Shown here: piece after piece, positions 8,670-20,730 of the stretch
How positions within the stretch are numbered: the stretch's first letter is position 1
Layout of the letters: every line of letters starts with the position of its first letter
NCBI GenBank assembly: GCA_026025075.1
Contig: JAPEUI010000158.1
Coordinates: forward strand, 1 to 33,303
DNA length: 33,303 nucleotides
Direction of reading: 5' to 3'
From: Vezdaea acicularis
Taxonomy: Eukaryota
Program-made: the position numbers and the translations under genes
The notes under the pieces: generated by a model
What the model was told of the DNA's origin: nothing
The model's database searches: none
What the model saw: only the letters and a program-made list of their open reading frames with translations

Positions 8670-11600
8670 ATGTCTACCGCCGCTTCGCAGCGGCCAGTAC
8701 GCTTGCTCTCTCTAGGTGCGTGCTATTAAGCGCAGGATGTCAACCTCCGCGATTACTCACGAAGGAGTACAGATGGTGGCGGCGTGCGGGGTCTCTCTGA
8801 GATAATGATCCTGCAGCATTTGATGGAGGCCATGAACCGCTGCCGTGGTGAGAAAGAGGAGCTACACCCTTGGCAGGTGTTTGATATGATTGGCGGCACC
8901 AGTACTGGCGGCATTATTGCCATAATGCTCGGCCGGCTCCGAATGAGCCTCGAAGATTGTGAGACGGCTTACCTGACCCTTTCAAGGAAGATCTTCACGC
9001 CCAAGAGGCGGAAAAGGAATTTGTTTGGGAAAGGGAAAGACTTTTTGAATGCCGATGGTAAATTTGACGCGAGGGTAGTTGAACAAGAAATTATAAAGCT
9101 CTTGAAAGACTTGCCGGACTGTGATGAAGATACCCTACTAAAGGATTCCGAGTCCAAATGCAGAGTGTAGGTGCAAGCGCTTTCACTCACTTTATACTAG
9201 CGTCACAGTCCCCTGTCTTACCGTAATCACCGCTGCTATAAATTTTGACAGAGGAGTCCGTGTGTTTGACTTTTACTTTTGACATTCTATGTACATGAAT
9301 ACTCTCTACCCCTTCCCGAGAGACATATTTTGTATTAAGGTTCAATTTATCATCTTATCACTGCTATCGCTAATCAGGTTTACTTCCTAGCTTCGTTGTC
9401 ACAACTCGACAAACCAATTCTGAGCCAGCTATCCTTCGCTCCTACAAGAATTCCGAAGGAGTCCCGGTTGTCTTCGATGAATGCAAGGTTTGGGAGGCCT
9501 GCCGTGCAACCTCGGCTGCACCTACCTTCTTTGATCCGATCCAGATTGGGAAATATGGTCAAGTATTTGCTGATGGAGGGATGCTATACAACAATCCAGT
9601 TCAGCTGACTCATCGAGAGGCATCGAATATCTGGCCAGGGAGGGGGCAACTACTGATTAGCATCGGTACTGGCAGTGCTCCCGGAAAATCTTTGAAGGGT
9701 AACCTCAAGACCGTCATTGACCGGATGCAAGAGATTGTGACGGAGACAGAGCAAACTGCTAACGACTTTTACCATGATCACAATGACATGGTCGAAAATC
9801 ACCTCTATTACCGCTTTAACGTAACAAATGGCCTGGCAGACATCGGCTTGGAGGAATACAGAGAAATTAGGGCCATGGCGGACGCTACACAGACTTATCT
9901 TGATAATGGGGAGATCAGTAAAAGGTTTGACTCCTGTGCAAATATTTTAGCAAAAGGTATTAGTATATAAAAGTCACTTCATCAAGACCATTAGCTCTTA
10001 TAATAGGTGTGGGAAAATCTGGCTACTTTTGCTCCTGACGCTTTCACATGTACTAACGTCTTTCAGAGCACCAGCCAATTGTTCTTCAATCTACTTCAGA
10101 GAGGCAAGACCAAGAGCTAGAGCAACAACGGATTATTGAATGGCTCTCACCCCTCAACTTTTTCAAAACTCAGATTGATGTTTCTCAAAAACGGCAAGAT
10201 GGGACTGGACAATGGCTGCTAGAGTCAAAGGAATTTGTGACGTGGGTTTCAACCCCCGGAGATATCTTATGGTGTTCAGGAATGCGTAAGTCCATGTCTA
10301 TTTTTAAATATCGATACTCTATATAAGGCTAGGGGGACGCAAAGGGCTTGCGTGAAGCAGAGTTCTTTACCATACCAAAATTGTGGAGATGTCACTTTTT
10401 CATCCTTCGGAAAACTACGCGATATAGGAAATCCCCTTGCTATCAGAGCGAGATGCGAGAATTTGGGCGTTTTAAACACGCGACCTCAGAAGAAATACCA
10501 TGCTGGGAGGCACACAGAGTGTGATCGCCCGCACGGTTTTTCTGGCCTAACGCATCGCCGAACTACAGTGGGGGGTTGTAAGTGTTGTAGATTCGCGAAA
10601 TTGTGCCTCCCCCATTAATCATATCCAAAGCACAGCGATTAACGAATCCATTCGGAAGAAACCTAGCTCACAGATTACCTGGGGAGGTCTTCAAGATATC
10701 AATTGAATAAATGCCTCATGGAGTGCAGGCAGTTCTTGATTCCCTGGAGTTATACCATATATTACTGGTCTCGTAAATATACAACACTTACGACCCCCCC
10801 TGTAGATCCTTCGGTCCAATTTCCTTCCGTATGTATCTTGTATGCGAAGAGATTTCACTTCGCAAATGGACTGTGAAGTCACATGGAACGCTGTCCCCAC
10901 TTGAGCCTTTAGCTATATCACTGCTTGAGTAATGATACTAACGATGACTAGCCGGTGCTGGGAAGACAGTACTTGCGTGAGTTTTGGCTTCCTTCTTCTT
11001 ATCAAAGAACGCCATGAACTGACTATCGACAAGTTCTCTCATTATAGAACATCTCCAACAGATATATTCTGCTGATCAAAGTATTGGCATTGCATTCATA
11101 TATTTCGATTACAAGGAAGAGGCTATTCAGACTCCCCTAAATATTGTCAGCAGCCTCTTGAAACAGCTTTTACAGAATCGCGTCAAGCTGTGTAGCGACT
11201 TGAAACCCTTTTGCAATCGTCACTGGCGGCAGAATACACGGCCTTCTTTGTCAGAGATCTCAAAAGTACTGCAGAATGTTTTGACTTCGCACGATCGGGT
11301 ATTTGTCGTGATAGACGCTTTGGATGAGTGCCCGGAGAAAGATGGCATCAGGGCAACATTTCTGAGATGGCTTAAAGATCTTGTGAAGAACATGAGCATG
11401 GTTGTCCTCTCTCGCCCCAATGTCCACATCGATCAAGAATTCAAGGGAGTTACGCGTCTGGAGATTCGAGCAACGGAGGAGGACATCGTCACTTACCTTG
11501 AGGATCGGATTCAACACAATGTGTCCTTGCAACGGAGTATTAAAAAAGATCCTCATCTTAAGTCACTGATTATTGAAACCATCACTGAGAAGTCCCAAGG

Positions 11601-14251
11601 GATGTAGGTGTTATTTCATACCGAGCAATTGTTTTTTGCACCTCCTGCGTGACTTAAAGCATCGTCGTCTACTCGGACAGCCAGCTTACATGTCTTGAAG
11701 GTTTTTGCTAGCCCGGCTGCATATGGATTCGATGATGAATCCGGCTACGCTCAACGAAATCTATAAGGCTCTTAGCAGTTTGCCGGTTGAGTCGGATGAT
11801 ATCTATGCCGAGGCAATGAAGCGGATTGAAGACCAAAACGAGGGTGATCGAAACTGGGCTAAAAAGATCTTGTGCTGGCTCTCTTTCGCGTTCAGACAGC
11901 TTTCCGTGGTTGAGCTTCAACATGCTCTAGCTGTTTCCCCGGGAACTAGGTCCCTCGATACTGGAGATCTCCCGAATGAAGAGTTCATTGTTTCTGTATG
12001 TGCCGGCTTGGTAATTTTTGATCAACAGAGCAACATAATCCGCCTGGTTCACTATTCTACCCAGGAATACTTCGATAAAATCAAACATAGTCAGTTTCCT
12101 ATGGGCCAAATAGATATCACAAGAACCTGCCTTACCTACTTATCGTTCGACAGCTTCGCAAATGGCTATTGTTCCAGTGACGAAGAGATGGATATTCGGT
12201 TGAAAGAAAGCCCTTTTCTTCGATATGCCGCTCAGCACTGGGGAAATCACGCAACTGGGGAGCCGGAACGAAAGCTTATGAGTCAGATTCAGGCGTTCCT
12301 TGCTGAAGAGTCAAGACTTTCCTGCTCTGTACAAGCAATGCGTCTTTCCGAGTCGCGCTATCATGACTACAGTCAAGAGCCCCCGAGAAATACCACTAGA
12401 CTGTGGGTCGCTGCCGTTTTTGGGTTAGAAATCATAGCCAGATCATTAATAGCGCAGAACGTGGATGTTAACGTGAAGATCAGCAACGGAAATACTGCGT
12501 TGCACGAGGCGGCTGCGAGGAGGCACGAGGCCGTGATCAAGCTGCTGCTCGAGAAGGGGGCCGACGTCGCAGTAAAGGATATTTATGGACAGACGGCGCT
12601 GCACAGAGCAGCTGAGAGTGGGAACGAGGCCGTGGTCAAACTGCTGCTTGAGAAGGGGGCCGATGTTGCAGCGAAGGATAATGGTGAAGAGACGGCGCTG
12701 TACTTTGCGGCTAGGAGTGGGAACGAGGCCGTGTTCAAGCAGCTGCTTGAGAAGGGGGCCGATATCGCAGCGAAGAATGATGGTGGAGAGACGGCGCTGG
12801 ATGCGGCGGCTGGGAGTGGGAACGAGGCCGTGGTCAAGCAGCTGCTCGAGAAGGGGGCCGATATCGCAGCGAAGAGTAATGATGGATGGACGGCGCTGCA
12901 TGCGGCGGCTGGGAGTGGGAAGAAGGCCGTGGTCAAGCAGCTGCTCGAGAAGGGGGCCGATATCGCAGCGAAGGATAATGATGGACTGACGGCACTGCAT
13001 GCGGCGGCTTTATTAGGGCACGGGGCCGTGGTCAAGCAGCTGCTCGAGAAGGGAGCCGACGTCGCAGCGAAGGATAAGAATGGAGAGACGGCGCTGCATA
13101 AAGCGGCTTGGATAGGGCACGGGGCCGTGGTCAAGCAGCTGCTGGAGAAGGGGGCCGATGTCGCAGCGAAGAAGAATGATGGAGAGACGGCGCTGCACGG
13201 AGCGGCTAGGAGTGGGTACGAGGCCGTGGTCAAGCTGCTGCTGGAGAAGGGGGCCGATGTCGCAGCGAAGAAGAATGATGGAGAGACGGCGCTGCACGCA
13301 GCGGCTAGGCGTGGGCACGAGGCTGTGGTCAAGCTGCTGCTGGAGAAAGGGGTCGATGTTGCAGCGAAGGATAATGATGGACACACGGCGCTGCACGAGG
13401 CGGCTAGGAGCGGGCATGAGGCCGTGGTTAAGCTGCTGCTGGAGAATGGGGCCGATATTGCAGCGAAAGATGATATTGGACAGACGGCGCTGTACGAGGC
13501 GGCTAGGAGAGCGCACGAGGCCGTGGTCAAGCTGCTGCTGGAGAAGGGGGCCGATGTCGCAACGAAGGATAATGATGGACGGATGGTGTTGTACAGAGCG
13601 GCTGGGAGTGGGAACAAGGCCGTGGTCAAGCTGCTGCTCGAGAAGGGGGCCGATGTTGCAGCGAAAGATGATATTGGACAGACGGCGCTGCACGAGGCGG
13701 CTGGGAGCGGGCACGAGGCCGTGGTCAAGCTGCTGCTGGAGAAGGGGGCTGATGTCGCAGCGAAGGATAATTATGGACTGACGGCGCTGCACGAGGCGGC
13801 TGGGAGCGGGCACGAGGCCGTGGTCAAGCTGCTGCTCGAGAAAGGGGCTGACGTCGCAGCGAAGAATTATTTTGGACAGACGGCGCTGCTCATGGCGGCT
13901 GGGAGAGGTAATGGGGCCGTGGTCAAGTTGCTGCTCGAGAAGGGGGCCGATGTTGCAGCGAAGGATAATAGAAGATGGACGGCGCTGCACGCGGCGGCTA
14001 GGTTGGGACACGAGGCTGTGGTCAAGCTGCTGCTGGAGAAGGGGGCCGATGTCGCAGCGAAGGATAAGAATGGACGGACGGCGCTGCACGAGGCACCTTG
14101 GAGCCGGCACGAGGCCGTGGTCAAGCTGCTGCTTGAGAAGGGGGCCGATGCCACCATGAAAGACAACGATGGAAGGACAGCACTTGACGAGGCGGCTCAG
14201 GAAGGGCACGAGGCCGTGGTTAAGCTATTACAGTCTTTCATACGGCCTTGA
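8670..14251 (+). CDS. NLR-like STAND protein: patatin-like phospholipase + NACHT + ankyrin repeats, ~1456 aa, 7 exons (8670-8715, 8773-9166, 9391-9956, 10067-10285, 10952-10976, 11034-11603, 11701-14251)
   Basis: Spliced frame is continuous (4371 nt). Patatin motifs RLLSLDGGGVRG, nucleophile GTSTG, ATSAAPTFF and catalytic DGG. NACHT motifs GTGQWLL, Walker A GMPGAGKT and Walker B VVIDALDEC. C-terminus has 18 ankyrin repeats. All introns are GT..AG. Confidence 0.93.
10566..10802. mobile_element. 237-bp Tc1/mariner-type MITE (impala/mimp-like termini) inside NLR intron 4
   Basis: Left end TA|CAGTGGGGGGTTGTAAGTGTTGTAGATTCGCGAAA. Right end, reverse-complemented, TA|CAGGGGGGGTCGTAAGTGTTGTATATTTACGAGA. 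TA target duplication at 10564-65 and 10803-04. No coding capacity. Confidence 0.85.
12488..14248 (+). repeat. 18 x 99-bp (33-aa) high-internal-conservation ankyrin repeat array
   Basis: Consensus GxTALHxAAxxGHEAVVKLLLEKGADVAAKxxx. Repeat 1 starts at 12488 and repeat 18 at 14171 (17 x 99 bp later). Clearly more GC-rich than the upstream exons. Confidence 0.95.
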
Positions 14252-15220
14252 AGATATTGGCCTTTTGCCCTTTCCGCATAGTTTCATGTTTCACATATCC
14301 ATATCATCATTCTCTATTCAATCGATTTCCAAGATGGCTACTCGACAATGTTGGGTCTTTGAGCTTTTCGTTCATGATTCAAGAGGTCCCCCATATAACG
14401 GAAACATGTCGGGAAGTATTATAAGAATGCTTATCGCGAGCTGGTAAGCTTATATTATATGCTTGGCGAAATGAGTATCTATCTGGGTAGGAGGGGAAAT
14501 AGAATGCGAGGTAAATGAAAGATAGAACTTCAGGAAAGGAATCATAGATATATGACAATTGTTCTTGCGGCCTTGAAAGCTGATTCTTGAATACTTCATG
14601 ATAGGTCCATCTCTCGACATGAAGGGACTAACATCGCTCAAGAGAAAGACTCACAGGGCCAACAAGGGCTGACCAATGAGTGACAGCGGAAATTGGTACT
14701 CATAAGACATCATAGTTCGACCCCTTTAGGAGGCCAGCGATCGGTTCTAGCACGATCATATGGGCACGATTTCATTATCTATCTACGAGAATCCTTAGTA
14801 TTATAAAGTTGCGGTGTACCTATGAGCCCCCAATCAAAGCTTTTTAGTAGGGCTCCACCCTCGTCTCAAATCCGTCTGAGTGCGCGGCGGAGCAAGGGAA
14901 TATAATTCGTGCATATTTAAGTAGATGTCGGCTGAGAATGAAGGCGAAGGTGAGAGAAAGAGTAGTGGAGAAGTGACGATGTAGGTTCATCATAGTGAAG
15001 AATGGTGGAAGTCCCTTTTGTCAATTAGCATGCGAAAGGGGCGGTCGCTGCTCCTCAACAATTATCATGAAAATTTTTATTCAACTTGGGGTGTTCTCAG
15101 CCCTGAAGTGACTTGAAAAACATCAGCATCAAACTACGCTTTTGAAATGACTAACGAGCTTGCAGATTACTCGTATACCTTTGCCGATCCCTTCCCTGCG
15201 CGCGCACAGAGCTCAATCTG

Positions 15221-16593
15221 CTAGTGCGAGGTTCCATTCGCCTGGGCCTTGACAAGAACGTCAGGCACCATCTTCAGCTTCGCGAGCTCGTGGATAGTGT
15301 CAAGGATGGCATCTTTTGAATCGACGTAGCCATTCCAGCCGAGTTTACGACTCTTGTCCATGCTAGGGTGGATCGCATAATCAGTAAAGCCATCACTCGA
15401 TTGATCGAAGTAGAAAGGGGTCTTTACCTTAAAGCGCGCGGCCAAGGACCTAATATTTCACCATCGATCAAGCCAAAGGAGCTCAAGCTATCGTCGAATG
15501 GTGAATGCTCGAGGCCATGCTTTTCCTTCAGCTCCTCCCAAGCTGCCAGGACTTCTGGCTTTTGCGCCCACTCTGCGAATGAGAAACCTACGTTGACCTT
15601 TCCACGGCTTCCAAAGCCTCTTGGAGGAGGTTCGGTCGGCATTTCCAAGACCTTGTAGGCACTCGCGTCGGGGTTTGGAAGTGTGTAGGGGATATTGTAC
15701 CAACTAGCTAACACCGGCCAGAATTTTCCGTAGGAGAAATGACTCGAGTCGCTGTGGTTGAGAACTTCATCCGCTGCTTCCTCTGTCAAAACAGCCCATT
15801 CAGCATGGTAGGAGATGAGCATCGCCGTGGATAGATCTTTCCCGACGTCCCAGGCTTGGATGTCACCTGGGAAGTCCAGCGAAGCGCCTAGATGAGCCTG
15901 TATCGCAGCGTATACGGCCAGGGGATGGACAATGTTCATTGCAGCCTCCTTTACAGCCCCAATGATAAATCCAGGGCGCGTAACATTCCAATGAGTGTTG
16001 TTCTTCTTGGCCCAGTCCCAGAGGAGGTCTTCTTGGTCGAAATAAAAGTTTGGTTCAGCGAGAAACCGGGGATCATCCTCCGTTTCTGGAGAACTCGTTG
16101 GCCCCAGATGCACTCCATAGTGCTTCCCTCCAGTCTGGAGTAGAAAGCGCTTTGGGATGGCTGAGGCCAGGGTGAGAGCTTCTAAGAAGTTCGAAAGTAG
16201 CTTCAGGTTGACCCTCCCCATCTCTTCAGTATCTGACCATAGCCCTTCGCCCGCCTTAGGCGCCACCTGCAAATACGAGTTGAAGAAGACATAGTCGGCC
16301 TTAACGCCATTACGTTTCAAGATATTCGCAATTTCCTTAGGTCCATTATCTAAGAAATCGACAGCAATATGCTTGACGTGGCTCTTCCCCGTCGATTTAG
16401 CCGGCGCTCTTCGCGACAGCGCATATATCGTCTCCCAAACATCCGTGTTCGCGGACAGAACACGGACTAGGTGCTGTCCGGAGATGCCATTCGCGCCTGT
16501 CACGATAGCTGTACGTTTCTTCCCAACATGAGAAGGGAAAGTTGGAAGACCATGGAAGAGGCCTTCAGATTTCACAGAGGATGTACTCGGCAT
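15221..16593 (-). CDS. PRISE/SirQ-like NAD(P)-dependent short-chain reductase (progesterone 5-beta-reductase/iridoid synthase-like), ~435 aa, 2 exons (16593-15428, 15362-15221)
   Basis: Rossmann motif IVTGANGISG, ALSRR, LLQTGGKHYG, NFYFDQED and WNVTRP. A 65-nt intron at 15427-15363 restores the C-terminal SMDKSRKLGWNGYVD. Confidence 0.88.
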
Positions 16594-17717
16594 GCTGGCG
16601 TTTGATATAGCAACGTGTCTTTCAGTAAGGCCGCTATTTTGGAACCGGTCATTCCGCCAGAACCCGCGTTAATCTTCGCCACTTGCCCAGCGCTTTATAC
16701 TCGGTCCACCAACCTTGCCTGCGATCGGGGGGTACCATCCCAGGGATCATTTTGTCAGCCAACAAGGGTTAACGAATTCGAAAGGATTCTGGCGAAATAC
16801 AGGTAGGACAGGTCAGTGAACCGGCCGTTCGTGAGGTCGCACGGCGTGTAGAGATCTTCTTCAAGACGATATCTCCGTCATTGTTCCGGAGCTTGCTACG
16901 CAGGGTCGCGCCCATCGCCTCTTTCGGAAGTTTCACTTAGCCCCCAGTGACGGGGCACCCTGGTTCTCAAACGATATGCGGTGACATGGGGGCGTTCGCT
17001 AAGGCGCGTCAGGGTTGCAATCGTTCGCGTTCGACGACTTGGACGATCCGCAACGATCCGCCTGGGCTCGGCTGTTGTCCAATAGATCCGTGAGAATCCC
17101 CAGCCGAGACCTGAAGCGAGCAGCCAAGCTCTGCTAGCGTCGTCTGGGGACTGGGACCTCTGTCCCTCACAAGGCTGCGGCAGGGTGACCAAGCACGCTT
17201 GCATCAATCAACGTCCGCTACTACCGCCTCTTCATGTGCTCGAATCCATATCACAAATCATTCCGATCCTCCGTCCAAAGCTAAGGCCGCAAAGCTTAGT
17301 ATCGTGATTACAAAACATTCGCGACCGGGCACAATGTTCCAAAAGCGCGTGACAGTGATTGGTGCTGACAGCATCTACACCCGGCTGATGTTGCTAAAGA
17401 GGGGCTATTTTGCCATGGTTTAAGCGTATACACCAAAAGCGTCGCATAAGATGTGACGAACAGGCATTCATTTGCATCTAGTATGCCAAGTCTAACCTTA
17501 ATATTCCTCGGCATACAGCGGAGCTCTCACTGGGAGTCATACGGGACAGATATGGATCTCACGTACTTAATACACTTTCCCCTCCTCCTCTGGCTCCCTC
17601 TTTACTTCACTCATCTTACTGAAGCTGTTCGTGTACCACATAACAGCGCGCTGAGCTTAGTCCCTCCCTTGGTCCATTACTCAATAAACTCCCCTACCTT
17701 CTCCCTCTTCTGATAAC

Positions 17718-19713
17718 ATGCATCTGCGTCCGCTCCTTCGGGAGACCGCTTTCGGGCAACTTGTTCGCCTAACGCCATCTGGCAAGAAGATATTCCCATA
17801 CCCTGAGGAACTTCCAGACTTTGTGTGTCCGAAGGAATATCAAGATGCTGGGGATAGCGAGAAGATCGCTGAGGCCGAGGGGATAACCCCTGATCATGAA
17901 AGCGATGGAACTCCCACGCCTCCCGAGTTCGAGAAGATTAGAACTCCGCAACCGGATTTTGAGAGAATTAAAACTCATCGAGACTCTACGTCAGGAGATG
18001 TCGAACGAGCACTGAGTCTGGTGAAATCTCGGACCAACACCCTTCCATATACTGAAGAGCGGCTTGAGGTTGATCGAGAGCTGGCGGTTGAGAAAACAAA
18101 GTCAAGGCCTATCATCCCCCAACGGACAGCAGATGGTACAATCTTGGTGGATTGGTATACTACAGATGACATAGAGAATCCCCAAAATTGGTCGACGAGG
18201 CAGAAGTTCTTCGTTGCTCTCTTGATAGAGTAAGAGTGCTCCACTGCCAGACTTGTGGACCATGCTAACAGCTAATGGCAGTATCTACACATTTGCCGTA
18301 TACACTGGATCCGCTATCTACGTATCTAGTGAGCTTGGAATAATGGCGAAATTTGACGTAGGGTTCACAAAGGCATCGCTCGGGTTGTCGCTATACGTTT
18401 TAGCCTGTAAGTCCGACCGGGTCCCTGTCTGTTTGATCAAAAGCATAGGGGCTGATAATTATATGCAGATGGTATTGGGCCGCTTCTCTGGGCACCTCTT
18501 TCCGAGATCCCAGCCATCGGCCGGAATCCTATTTACGTCGCGACATTTGCAATTTTCACAATTCTCTGCATCCCAACTGCTCTTGTAAACAACTATGCTG
18601 GCCTCATGGTTTTGCGTTTCCTTCAAGGCTTCTTTGGGAGCCCTTGTCTAGCCAACGGAGGCGCTTCTATGGGTGATCTGTACTCGTTCGTATACCTGCC
18701 ATATGCCCTAACTTTTTGGGTTTCTGCCGCCTACTGCGGACCCGCCCTGGGCCCCTTGCTCTCCGGCTTCGCTGTTTCCGCTAAAGGCTGGCGTTGGTCC
18801 CTCTGGGAAATTCTCTGGATTGCCGGTCCCGCCTTCCTGGCCTTCTTCTTCTTTCTGCCCGAAACTTCCGGCCCCAACATCCTCGCCCGCCGCGCTCAAC
18901 GACTTCGCCAGAAGACTGGGGACCCCCGCTTGCAGTCCCAGTCTGAGATCGACCAGAAAAATCTTAGAGTTGGCGCCATCCTTGTTGATGCTATTATCAA
19001 GCCGTTAGAGATCTCCGTCAAAGACCCTGCGGTGGCGTTCACGAATCTGTATACAGCTATTGTATATGGTATTTATTACTCCTTCTTCGAGGCCTTCCCG
19101 CTTGTTTACCCGCCTATGTATGGCTTCAATCTTGGTGAAGTCGGCGTGGCGTTCATCTGTATCGTTATTGCCTGCGCCCTTGGCGTCGCCGTCTATTGCG
19201 CATATGTATACTGGGTCGTGACGCCGGACATGATGAAGAATGGCCTTGGACCCCAAGAAGGCCGTCTAAAGCCTGCGCTGATCGCTGTCTTCTTCCCAAC
19301 ACTTGGTCTCTTCCTGTTCGGATGGACAGCTAGGCCATCTATCCATTGGATTGCCAGCATCATTGGTATCACCCTCTACGGTGCTGGTGTCTTCGTCCTG
19401 CTACAATGTACGTTCCTGCTCTCTCAAGCCCCTTTCCCATCATCCCCGCTGACAAGAGGTGACAGGCATCTTCCTATACATCCCCCTATCCTACCCCAAA
19501 TACGCTGCCTCCCTCTTCGCTGCCAACGACTTCGTTCGTTCGGCATTCGCCTGCGGTTCCATCCTATTCGCACGACCCATGTACGTCAACCTCGGCATCG
19601 GGAAGGGTATCTCCCTCCTTGGTGGCCTGAGCGTACTTGGTATAATAGGAATATACATCCTCTACTTCTACGGTGCGAAATTGAGAGCTAGATCAAAGTT
19701 CGCGCAGAGCTAA
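17718..19713 (+). CDS. MFS drug:H+ antiporter, DHA1 family (Flr1/Mdr1/Caf5-like), ~607 aa, 4 exons (17718-18229, 18282-18406, 18469-19407, 19466-19713)
   Basis: Motifs VDWYTTDDIENPQNWS, YGIGPLLWAPLSEIPAIGRNP, LRFLQGFFGSPCLANGGAS, WRWSLW, LPETS and YAASLFAANDFVRS. Spliced length is 1824 nt, in frame. Confidence 0.92.
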
Positions 19714-19962
19714 ACGGAGTTTTGGGCCGAATGACGAGGAAAATGGAAGAACAGGGCTTGGTTTTTTGGATACCTATTGTTGGACTTGCGGATGTTTAGT
19801 ACTAATAAGATCTAATGCTGTTATACCTTAACTAGACTTGCCAAATTATGCAATTGTAAAAGTGAACTTTTCAAATGGATAAAGTAACCGTGTAATTTTG
19901 TGGGACTTGGTGACTTTTCATGTGGGTTGACGCGCAGAGAGCGGCGAAGGCTGGTACTCTTA

Positions 19963-20004
19963 CCCTAGCCCTAAAATCAGCCCTAACCCCAGCTCTAACC
20001 CTAT
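19963..20004. repeat. Short degenerate interstitial telomere-like (CCCTAA)n tract
   Basis: In-register hexamers CCCTAG CCCTAA AATCAG CCCTAA CCCCAG CTCTAA CCCTAT. Confidence 0.55.
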
Positions 20005-20730
20005 CTTTTATCACAGAGGATCACTCTTAGTAAATGCGTACAGGTTTCACCCTTGCATACGCATGCAGATTCATTCCTTCACATTCGGCATCAGCTATTA
20101 GCAACTAGCGGGCTGCGATGAAGGTATGGTCCCCGAATATTTCGCTCCATAATTGAGCAGAAACAAGCCTATGGAAAAAGCACCTGCATCGTGGCTAACA
20201 GAGCCCCATTTCAAAACGAGAGGATGGGAAGCTAGCTTATTTGGTTTCATGAAAGACCGTTCCTGGAATCTCATTCTTGCAGAATTCGAAGTGAGACAAC
20301 CGGCGACCTCCCATCCCACCCTCCCCTTTGAATAATCATTAAGAAAGACTCCACCGGCTAAGTCCGACTCTAATTCCTGAGCGCATGTACATTGAGAACG
20401 CAACTCCATTTCCATAAAAAACGGGGGAAGAGGAAAAGGATGGTCGCCACATAATCTTCCGTAAGAAAGGCGCTTTTCTGGAGAGTCAATCATCAAAGTC
20501 GTTTGAAGTATGGCGTCCATCATAGCCTGCACTGTTCCGGTTCCACAAATGAGTGTAGGCGGATAATCTGCCTAAATCTATTAGCAGGACACAGCCAGTG
20601 TTCTTTGGGAAGGAAATTCGAATTTTGGAAGAGTTTAGTACATTAGATTTAGTCATAGATTGCAGTACAATTGTAATTGGCTGATAGATCCATCGGATCT
20701 GTTACTCTTACAACCAAGATGAGAGGAGAG

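Noticed and set aside
12446..14209. Long antisense and alternative-frame ORFs over the ankyrin array (also 32863-33279)
   Set aside because: Shadow ORFs of a GC-rich in-frame tandem repeat.
17308..17314. TTACAAA, a Yap1-response-element-like site upstream of the DHA1 transporter
   Set aside because: A single 7-mer in 1.1 kb is compatible with chance and cannot be supported without conservation data.
20098..20532. 144-aa minus-strand ORF, possible gene relic
   Set aside because: An acceptor-like site lies upstream, but I could not build a coherent spliced model or recognise a family.
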